Program-made: the position numbers and the translations under genes
DNA from: Alkalinema sp. CACIAM 70d
GTDB taxonomy: Bacteria > Cyanobacteriota > Cyanobacteriia > Leptolyngbyales > Leptolyngbyaceae
Reading direction: 5' to 3'
Assembly: GCA_002148405.1 (NCBI GenBank)
Contig: MUGG01000034.1
Coordinates: 1 to 64,000 of the forward strand
Length of the DNA: 64,000 nt
The notes under the pieces: model-generated
Told to the model about the DNA's origin: nothing
The model's input: the letters and a program-made list of their open reading frames with translations, nothing else
Database searches by the model: none
Part shown: positions 52,601 to 59,244 of the stretch, one piece after another
Numbering within the stretch: the stretch's first letter is position 1
How the letters are laid out: each line of letters starts with the position of its first letter

Positions 52601-53144
52601 GTTTGGCCGAGCGATCACCCGTGTGAATTTTGACCTGGCTAAAATTGGCCTGGAAACGCGGTTCCATAAATCGCCGTACTGTCAGCGGTAAGGGTGCTCC
52701 CGTGGCTGTGCTGGCTTGAATTTCTGCGGCGACATTCGAGGCGACATTGGGTTGACCTTCTGCTTTGCGCTGAATCCGATCGTCTAGATTGCGCTGGGTG
52801 AAAATGCCCGTATTGGCAAAGCGTTGGATATAGGGTGACTGGAGTGATCGTTGAATTTTTTTATCTTTCTCCTTTTCCTCCGGCTTAACTTGGCGAAAAA
52901 CGCTGCCTTTCTCCGTGCGAACGTAGGAAATGGAACTTTCGGGTACCGCCATGCGCATAATTTTCTGCGCGGTACGATCGGCTTCTTTTTCAGCGGGATC
53001 GTGGGGGGAAGAAACCTTCATCGCTGATTGGCACTGCACTTTTGCGGCTGTCGCAACCACCTTCCGCTGAATCCGAGGGGCAGCAGCGGGTTTCGGCTGA
53101 GGGGAGGCCGATCGAGTAGCAGTTTTGTGGCGAGCCGTTTCCAC
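49632..53144 (-). CDS. Large (1,170 aa) DUF4157-domain protein with HExxH motif, a long helical middle region and an Arg-rich C-terminal domain. Putative eCIS-delivered effector/toxin.
   Basis: Residues about 150-260 read GAPLPLTVRRFMEPRFQANFSQVKIHTGDRSAKLNRQLNAQAFTVGNQIFFGKDKF...ELIAHELTHTIQQG. This is the DUF4157 signature, including the HELxHxxQ zinc-peptidase-like motif. The start is GTG, 10 nt after AGGAG. The C-terminal 330 aa are Arg-rich with a YTSTS motif. The gene lies directly downstream of the eCIS ATPase. Confidence 0.75.
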   Translation of the reverse strand: METARHKTATRSASPQPKPAAAPRIQRKVVATAAKVQCQSAMKVSSPHDPAEKEADRTAQKIMRMAVPESSISYVRTEKGSVFRQVKPEEKEKDKKIQRSLQSPYIQRFANTGIFTQRNLDDRIQRKAEGQPNVASNVAAEIQASTATGAPLPLTVRRFMEPRFQANFSQVKIHTGDRSAKLNRQLNAQAFTVGNQIFFGKDKFKPDIQEGKELIAHELTHTIQQGAAIQRREAVSVTPVSVTQQAPVQVQRLGLSDALDYFADKANLIPGFRMFTIILGVNPINMSRVERSAANILRAIVEFLPGGGLITQALDNYGVFDRVGAWIEQQIQSLGMTGAVIRQAIDQFLDSLSWTDIFDLGGVWNRAKRIFTEPIDRIISFGRNLVTGIIRFVKEAILRPLARLAEGTRGYDLLKAVLGQDPITGDPVPRNADTLIGGFMKLIGQEEVWNNLKRANAVARAWAWFQGALAGLLGFVRQIPTLFIQALQSLEIADIVLLPRAFVRVGTVFANFVGQFISWAGQQVMSLLQIIFEVVAPGAMPYIRRAAGAFRSIIQNPIGFVGNLVRAGIQGFRQFATNFLTHLRGSLIGWLTGAMSGANIYIPQAFTLREIIKFVLSVLGLTWQNIRQKLVRVIGEPAVQALETGFDIVMTLVTQGPAAAWEKIQESLSNLRDMVMEQIMTFVRDRVVQAAITRLITSLNPAGAFIQAIIATYNTIMFFVERLRQIAQVAMAFIDSVSAIASGVLTAAANRVETTMAGLLTLVISFLARIAGLGRVSDAVTNIINRVRAPIDRALDRVVDWIVAQARRLGRLVVSAVSGGPDRRTPAEKAADLHAAVTEVRRIDPARRSRVLLVPMLLLIKRRYRLTTLSVTREAGTTITILAAVNPEMMFDLPGRREPGAERWIADRLLQASRTQLRLLRREDTIDQVRVILDTAFRSITGIPTGSRLEVLGSGGRGEVRVHLAEVPPRVVLVGRIIPPNEGFVDIANPDPRGRANVARHIRTRMIVVKDARGAYLGPRVIRDLNETDARRLRRGQGIEPVSPGSSASLLEHVEGADSSYTSTSRVPRTEHMRSGTRDRRTGEYRRFFSPTSGRVEINLFRISSSNIFDLSTRVSQQHWGIFAESAPPVQEQAMRDTLRTMEVLIRGDIPFDAVRFLDAPTRPPRDDPY

Positions 53145-53187
53145 GGATAGGGTACTCCTGAGGGGAATGAGGTTTTGGGAATAAGGG

Positions 53188-54669
53188 TTATAGCGTTCTG
53201 CCTTCTTTGACCAATTCTCGACGTATGCCTTCTTCTAAATCCGTTAATAAAAGAGTATGTTCGTGGCGACTGAGGGCTTTGAGGGAAACGTAGCGCACGA
53301 CATTCATAATCGTGCCCCCCGACAAATCGTATTTTTCTGCAATGCGATGTAGCTCAATTCTATCTTCTAAAACCGCCTTAGGAGAGAAGGCATTTTGCCA
53401 AATTTGTAACCGTTCTGCCGTCTTGGGCATGGGGAAATGCACGATCGATTGAAAGCGGCGAATAAAAGCGTCATCAATGTTAGCTTTGAGGTTAGAGGCT
53501 AAAATAACGACGCCGTTAAAATCCTCAATGCGTTGTAACAAAAAACTAATTTCCTGATTGGCATAGCGATCGTGGGAATCATCCACCTTTGTACGTTTGC
53601 CAAAGAGGGCATCGGCTTCATCAAAGAACAAAATCCATTGTTTATGTTCCGCGAGATCGAAAATTTTCGCTAAGTTTTTTTCAGTTTCACCGATGTATTT
53701 AGAAACAATCATACTGAGATCAATTTTGTAAACATCACAGCCACAATGTTTCCCCAGTAAGCAGGCAGAGAAGGTTTTTCCCGTTCCCGGTGGGCCATAG
53801 AACAGGCTGGTAAAACCCGGTCGGAGGCGATGGTGCATTTCCCACCCTTGCAGCAATTCCTGCCCGTACAAAATCCAATGTTTAATTTCGTCCAACTGCT
53901 CCAAGGTGGAAGCAGGCAAAATTAAATCCTCCCAGTCCAGATGGGTTTCGATTAAACGGGCGGGAAATTCGCTATTAAAATTAGGTTTCCGATCGACGCC
54001 CGTGGTCAAGCGATGCAACCATTCCGGTGACAGCACCAGCGCCCCACTCAGTAACGGTTCCCCCGCCGCCACCGGAGCCAAATGGAGTATTTGCAAGCGG
54101 GCAAACCGTCGATCACCTTCAAATAAACGCATTAAGTCAAATCGGCGAATTAAATCATCTCCCGCTAGGATAAATGCAGCGGTTTCACCGGTGGGAATGA
54201 AGCCGCCATGGTGATTGCCTTGGATGCCTCCGAATTCTGTAAATCCCCGATCGATGGCTTCATTCTTGCTCCACAACACATCTAACAATTGCGGTCGTAC
54301 ATGGGGAATCAACGCCAGAATCAGGACCAACCGTTCTTCCGGCAGTAGTTCAAATTGTCGAATCAATCGCCCATAGGCCGATGGACTTTGGCTGAGATCC
54401 GGGGGTGGCGGGTGATCGGCGGCTGGAATGGGCTGGGAGATGCTTGCTGATGGGTCAGGGGTAAGTTGGAAATATTGATTCAGTCTTGCATTTAAAACAT
54501 CAGCGAACCAATTGAGTTCCTGTTCCAAATCCTGGGCATTTTTATGATTCATCAATTTGGCATTAGCATGCTGTTGAACCCGATCGTCGTGATGGCCATC
54601 TAGGCGATCGGGTGATACTGGATTGTGACTCTGCTGGCTAGAATTCATAGGCTTTAAATCACCGTCCAT
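53188..54669 (-). CDS. AAA+ ATPase, eCIS Afp15/Pvc15-like
   Basis: The C-terminal AAA core reads LFYGPPGTGKTFSACLLG...ILFFDEADALFGKR...VVILASN. The N-terminal about 250 aa are non-ATPase. The start overlaps the upstream gene stop by 16 nt. Confidence 0.8.
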   Translation of the reverse strand: MDGDLKPMNSSQQSHNPVSPDRLDGHHDDRVQQHANAKLMNHKNAQDLEQELNWFADVLNARLNQYFQLTPDPSASISQPIPAADHPPPPDLSQSPSAYGRLIRQFELLPEERLVLILALIPHVRPQLLDVLWSKNEAIDRGFTEFGGIQGNHHGGFIPTGETAAFILAGDDLIRRFDLMRLFEGDRRFARLQILHLAPVAAGEPLLSGALVLSPEWLHRLTTGVDRKPNFNSEFPARLIETHLDWEDLILPASTLEQLDEIKHWILYGQELLQGWEMHHRLRPGFTSLFYGPPGTGKTFSACLLGKHCGCDVYKIDLSMIVSKYIGETEKNLAKIFDLAEHKQWILFFDEADALFGKRTKVDDSHDRYANQEISFLLQRIEDFNGVVILASNLKANIDDAFIRRFQSIVHFPMPKTAERLQIWQNAFSPKAVLEDRIELHRIAEKYDLSGGTIMNVVRYVSLKALSRHEHTLLLTDLEEGIRRELVKEGRTL

Positions 54670-56234
54670 TCTGTATAAAGCGGTTGGGCCATCCAGGGAA
54701 GTTTGATAATACTAATGCTCCAAGGCAGTTGGTTGAGTAGAAGATCAAAGGCTGCTTTTTCCGGTTGTAAATACCAGCCTTGATCGCGTTCCCGAAGTAA
54801 GGCCGATCGCTGTAAAAAGGAGGTTTGTAGACCCTCTACAGATGTGTTTTTTAAGGCACTCCAGTGTTCAATGACCGATTGCAGTAATGTAATGGCTTCG
54901 CTACGATCGCTCACTTGTAGTAATCCTTCTGCAACTAACAGAGGTGTTTCAGGACGTAGCCCCAAAAGAATTTTAATTAACATCAAATCATATTCATAAA
55001 TTCGATCCCGCCCTGTGGCAAGGAAATAGAGTAGGGCCGCTGCGCGGGGGAGGTGCTCACTGAGAATTTCGTTACCTTGGGCGATCGCTAAATGACTGAA
55101 CAGTTGCGGCAAAAAAGGATGGATAATCACCAATCCGGCTTGGGTGACTAACCAGGGGAATGCTGGTGAGGTGGGATTATGAGCAGGGATAGGGGTGGGA
55201 GAGATAGGGGGTGGGAGGGTGATGTTTCTATCAGCCGTTTCCTGGGGAGGTTGTAGGGGGGAAAGCGGCAAGGCTGGACTCTCCTGGGAAAGATGCGGTG
55301 TTGTCGATTCAGATGTTGCGAGATCGCTCCGATCCGTGACTTGAGAATCTCCTGTTACGAAAGGTGAGGTTCGATCGAATGTTAAGGCTGAAGAAAGTGG
55401 GACGGGTAAGGTTGTAATCCAATCGCGGAATTTGGACTGGGAGATTGTAGGTAATGTGCCTCCAACCATCTGTAGAAAATTTGGTAAGGCAATTGAACTT
55501 GGAACTTGCAATCCAATTGATAAGCTAGCGGCAAGATAATGGAGACGTGTAGGACGATCGAGGGAAGAAGATGCGATCGCTAAAATTGCGCTGACCAACG
55601 GAATGACGACAGTTCTACAAGTCTCAGGGACTCCCTCTAGCAACGCTTGGATGAGATGGGGAACATCAGAATCGGGCAGCAATTGCAGCCAGCGGAAATA
55701 GAAGGCGGGAGATTCTGCATAGGTTTGGAGATAGGCGATTATCTGGGACGATCGCGTTGCACATAACTGGCCCAATTCCTGAGCAACGATTTCTGCATTC
55801 GGCTGGGCAGCATACCAAGGCAGAATGCCCGTGCGAAGGTACTGCAACAGACTCTCCCATTGATTGAGATCGGGATTAGATAATTGCCGCTGGGGTGGCG
55901 CGCTATCTATGCCGACTGAGAGTGAGAATTCTGGGTGCTGCGAGGGATCGGCCAATTGTTCCTGGAGGGCTTGGCGTAGACAGTCTGGGAACTCTCGCAC
56001 CAGCCATTCTCCCAAGGATTCGGAGGGTGGCACCTGAAGCCGTAGGTGTAGCTTTGGAATATGTACTAAAGCATCAGGCCCGTAGGCTCGATCGAACACC
56101 TGCTCCAACACAGGAAGCAATATGTTTTGCCAATCTTCTGCTAACTGTTGGCGCACAGCAAACGCATCACTGACGGAGTGAGTCGAAACCTCCCAGCGTA
56201 ATCGCCGAATCCTATGGGAACTCTGCTGATTCAT
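54654..56234 (-). CDS. Putative contractile-injection-system tape measure (Afp14-like) protein
   Basis: It has a strong SD (AAGGAGGTGAA before the ATG). The conserved-looking N-terminus reads HRIRRLRWEVSTHSVSDAFAVRQQLAEDWQNILLPVLEQVFDRAYGPDALVHIPKLHLRL, and the C-terminus reads ...IIKLPWMAQPLYTEW. These flank a Pro/Ser-rich low-complexity middle. The gene sits immediately upstream of the AAA ATPase, as afp14 does. The assignment comes from remembered family patterns and was not verified. Confidence 0.45.
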   Translation of the reverse strand: MNQQSSHRIRRLRWEVSTHSVSDAFAVRQQLAEDWQNILLPVLEQVFDRAYGPDALVHIPKLHLRLQVPPSESLGEWLVREFPDCLRQALQEQLADPSQHPEFSLSVGIDSAPPQRQLSNPDLNQWESLLQYLRTGILPWYAAQPNAEIVAQELGQLCATRSSQIIAYLQTYAESPAFYFRWLQLLPDSDVPHLIQALLEGVPETCRTVVIPLVSAILAIASSSLDRPTRLHYLAASLSIGLQVPSSIALPNFLQMVGGTLPTISQSKFRDWITTLPVPLSSALTFDRTSPFVTGDSQVTDRSDLATSESTTPHLSQESPALPLSPLQPPQETADRNITLPPPISPTPIPAHNPTSPAFPWLVTQAGLVIIHPFLPQLFSHLAIAQGNEILSEHLPRAAALLYFLATGRDRIYEYDLMLIKILLGLRPETPLLVAEGLLQVSDRSEAITLLQSVIEHWSALKNTSVEGLQTSFLQRSALLRERDQGWYLQPEKAAFDLLLNQLPWSISIIKLPWMAQPLYTEWTVI

Positions 56235-56345
56235 TTCACCTCCTTATTTCTTGGAAGTCCCCCTTTTCCTTGGCGTAGCCTCTCCAAAAGAGATAGGGAG
56301 ATTTAGGGGGATCGTTATGTGTTGCGATCATAAATTGATTTTGTA

Positions 56346-59105
56346 TTACCGCAACAAATTGCCCAACGTGACTTTTAGTCCAGTGTTCTTAGTTTGTTTT
56401 TGCAATCCAACCAAATTATCCTGCACCCCCTTCAGCGTATCGGCTTGGGTGATGGATTTCATGCTGTCAGATACGGTCAGCATTGCCTGTAATCCTTCAC
56501 TATTGCCGGATACATCCACTCCAGTGGTGGAAATGTAGTTGGTTGTATCCTGAATCGATCGGGCTAAGAGCACTTCCGCATCCTTCGCCTGCTGTTCAAA
56601 CAATTTACGTTGATCGGCGGGAAGATCGGGCTGCTGGGCTTTTTGTCTGAGAATATCGACCTTTTGGCGATTCAGTTCTGTCTCACTCACCTTGACTCCC
56701 AGTAATGGATCAGCAAAATTTACACCCACTTTGTCCATGGTTCGCTTAGTAATCACATTACTGGTTAACGTAACGGAATCTTGGAAAATCTTGAGATAAT
56801 CCTTCTGAACCACGTCACTCATTAACGTAACAGATTGTTTAAATACATCAAAGTAATTCTTCTGGAGATTTAATTTTTCCTCCCAAATTGGTTCAAATTC
56901 CCGTTTGAATCCAGTAATTTTGTCTGTAAATACAGTGCTGAGTGAAGGGATAACCTTCACACCATTTTCAATAATCCAATCCGGTCGAATCGTGGGTTTC
57001 GTCCAAGTTAAATCCTCGGCTTCTTCTTCCACCACATCCTCCCAGTAGTAGGGCAACATAAAGTCTGCGACTACCGTTTGGCTACTGTCATGCACCAGGA
57101 TAAAGGTTCCTCCCCGCACGACTCCGCCAAAATGCTCGATCGCAGTATGGTCAGCGACAAAATTCTTGAAGAGTAGCTTGTCATCGGCCTTTTCATCCTT
57201 GCGTTTAATCAAATCATCCAGCCAATCCAACCATTGCAGATGAGTTTGACTCAGAATTGAATCGAAGGGTGTGGTAAATTCTGTTTTCACCACATCACTT
57301 AAATTAAATTTGTATTCCCCTGCTGTCCGTAATGTATCGCTCAGATCCGTTTTCCATGAGGCATCTGCCACATAACTGGAATAGCTCCGGTTCAGTTTGG
57401 TGCGACTTGTCGTTACTTTCCCTAAAAGAACATTGTTGCTCTGTTCCGCCGCTTGCCTTAAGGTTGAAGCATTGCTCTCCTGACCCACATTGGCATCCAC
57501 CATTTTCTTGAGCCGATCGCTAAACTTACCCACCTCGTCCAATTGGTGAAACGCATCCCGCCGCAGGACGTAGTGGAAGCGATGCAGATCGGTGTAGCGA
57601 ATTCCCGGCTTCTTGACCACCCGCGATCGCTCACTCCCCAGCAGCACTGTACGCACCGTAAACGGTAAATTCCGGGCCGCAATTTCCTGCTCGATCGCCG
57701 CGATCGCTGCCGTTACAGGTTGCCCCAAGTGCCCCTCAATCCGGAAGAAGGAAAACCGCCCCAGTTGTGTCGTTAGCGGACTGGCTGCGCCCCCTTTGGC
57801 GCGGTAACTGCTGGCATGGTAGGAATAGTTATACTCATCGCGACGACGCTGGTGTAGCTGATAGTTCCAAGCACTGTGGATGGGAAAGCGCCCGTTCGGT
57901 GCGTAGTAATAGGGAATGGCCCGATCTGCGAGGGGCTGATCCTCAAACAGGCTCGGTGTAATGCGAATGGCTGTTCCTGCGGCAGGGACTTGGAAATTCT
58001 CAATCAGCGCATTCAATGTTTGCAACAGGAACTTAGCCTGATTGAGGTGATCGATCGTGGAACTGGTAATGGGCGAGGGATAAAATCCAAACCGATTTAC
58101 TTCCGGATCTTCTCCAGGAATTAAATTACCCAATAGTAAATGCTTTGGGAAACTATCGGGATTAGGACAACACCAAGTTTGATCGTCCCAGAGCCGATCG
58201 CGAAATTGGGTATAGGTTTCCGCGACATCCTTCAGAAAGTCATAGTAATACTGAATTCCAAACGAGTTATTACCGCCAAAAGTGCGATTTCTCAGGTTGT
58301 TGAGCTTTGTAACCCAGGTGGGAGCCGGATCACTGGGAAAGATGTCAGAGATAAACGCTGAACAATTGGGATAAATTTTGCCCAATGCTGCAACTAGTCG
58401 ATCGTGAATGGTATTACAAGTCGTGCGATAACGTTGAGCCAGCTCACTTAAGGTACTGAGATTGGTCGGAATGGTGACTCGATCGACGGTAACGTCATCC
58501 AGTTGTGAAAATGCTTGGTGGGGTGTGGGAATATCTGGCTGTAGGGTTTTGAGAGCGGATTGATCAACTAACAGTAATCGGGGTGTGTTGAGGCGATCTT
58601 TACCTAAATTATCGCAATCGGTGCCAGAACAGAGATCATCATCTTTTTCGTAGCTTTCCATTAACAGCAATGCTACGAGTGTATTTAAACTCGTCCCTGT
58701 AGGAAAACTAAAATCCTTGAGAGAAGTTCCGTCAGGGGTTTCAGGGCTGTGGGGCAGCAATTCATAGACCGTAATCATCGTATTTTCGATGTAGAACGGT
58801 GCATATTTTGGTTTGGAGGCATCGTAGGGCTGGATGCGATCGAACACTGTGTCCTGGGCTAAATACAGCAAATCCCCGTCGGTCGTCAGTCCTACCCCTT
58901 TCGTGACAATGACCTGATTCTCCTGGACTGTAACCCGTAAACCCGCAGCAATGCCGACACCCAAGCCAAATAGCCGCGTCAGCCGCGTTTGATCATCAAA
59001 GTAATCGGAAAGACTGTTGAGCTGTTTTTCCGTCAGAACTTGGTCAGGCTCAAAAACGCTATAGCCTGTGGTAATTTGTTTCAGCAACTGAAGGGTGTCG
59101 GTCAT
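56346..59105 (-). CDS. Hypothetical structural protein of the eCIS-like operon (in the Afp12/Afp13 position), containing internal about 20-aa repeats
   Basis: The ATG at 59105 lies 8 nt after AGGAG. The track ORF, extended to 59225, reads through a 13-nt DNA tandem repeat and is probably not translated. No known motif is recognised. Confidence 0.5.
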   Translation of the reverse strand: MTDTLQLLKQITTGYSVFEPDQVLTEKQLNSLSDYFDDQTRLTRLFGLGVGIAAGLRVTVQENQVIVTKGVGLTTDGDLLYLAQDTVFDRIQPYDASKPKYAPFYIENTMITVYELLPHSPETPDGTSLKDFSFPTGTSLNTLVALLLMESYEKDDDLCSGTDCDNLGKDRLNTPRLLLVDQSALKTLQPDIPTPHQAFSQLDDVTVDRVTIPTNLSTLSELAQRYRTTCNTIHDRLVAALGKIYPNCSAFISDIFPSDPAPTWVTKLNNLRNRTFGGNNSFGIQYYYDFLKDVAETYTQFRDRLWDDQTWCCPNPDSFPKHLLLGNLIPGEDPEVNRFGFYPSPITSSTIDHLNQAKFLLQTLNALIENFQVPAAGTAIRITPSLFEDQPLADRAIPYYYAPNGRFPIHSAWNYQLHQRRRDEYNYSYHASSYRAKGGAASPLTTQLGRFSFFRIEGHLGQPVTAAIAAIEQEIAARNLPFTVRTVLLGSERSRVVKKPGIRYTDLHRFHYVLRRDAFHQLDEVGKFSDRLKKMVDANVGQESNASTLRQAAEQSNNVLLGKVTTSRTKLNRSYSSYVADASWKTDLSDTLRTAGEYKFNLSDVVKTEFTTPFDSILSQTHLQWLDWLDDLIKRKDEKADDKLLFKNFVADHTAIEHFGGVVRGGTFILVHDSSQTVVADFMLPYYWEDVVEEEAEDLTWTKPTIRPDWIIENGVKVIPSLSTVFTDKITGFKREFEPIWEEKLNLQKNYFDVFKQSVTLMSDVVQKDYLKIFQDSVTLTSNVITKRTMDKVGVNFADPLLGVKVSETELNRQKVDILRQKAQQPDLPADQRKLFEQQAKDAEVLLARSIQDTTNYISTTGVDVSGNSEGLQAMLTVSDSMKSITQADTLKGVQDNLVGLQKQTKNTGLKVTLGNLLR

Positions 59106-59134
59106 GGCCATCGCTCCTGTGGATCTGGGGTCTG

Positions 59135-59186
59135 GATCTGTCGTGTGAATCTGTCGTGTGAATCTGTCGTGTGAATCTGTCGTGTT
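59135..59186. repeat. 13-nt tandem repeat x4 (ATCTGTCGTGTGA) in the intergenic region upstream of the 56346..59105 gene
   Basis: Four perfect copies lie between the 868-aa gene stop (59245) and the downstream start. Confidence 0.85.
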
Positions 59187-59244
59187 CGTTTTCCGCTGGG
59201 TCAGGTTCGAATCTTCTCTCAGCAAATGGCAATCTATGGGACGT

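Noticed and set aside
52900-53100. Possible ADP-ribosyltransferase assignment for the effector C-terminus, based on a YTSTS motif
   Set aside because: No convincing catalytic Arg or ExE/QxE ARTT loop could be placed. It is kept only as a weak hint inside the effector finding.
59135-59186. Short tandem repeats, here and at 34570-34628 and 32121-32172, considered as CRISPR arrays
   Set aside because: Units are 13-15 nt and directly abutting with no spacers, and there are no cas genes. They are simple tandem repeats.
59195-59230. GGTTCGAATC motif resembling a tRNA T-arm
   Set aside because: Flanking bases cannot form a T-stem or an acceptor stem, so no tRNA fold is possible.
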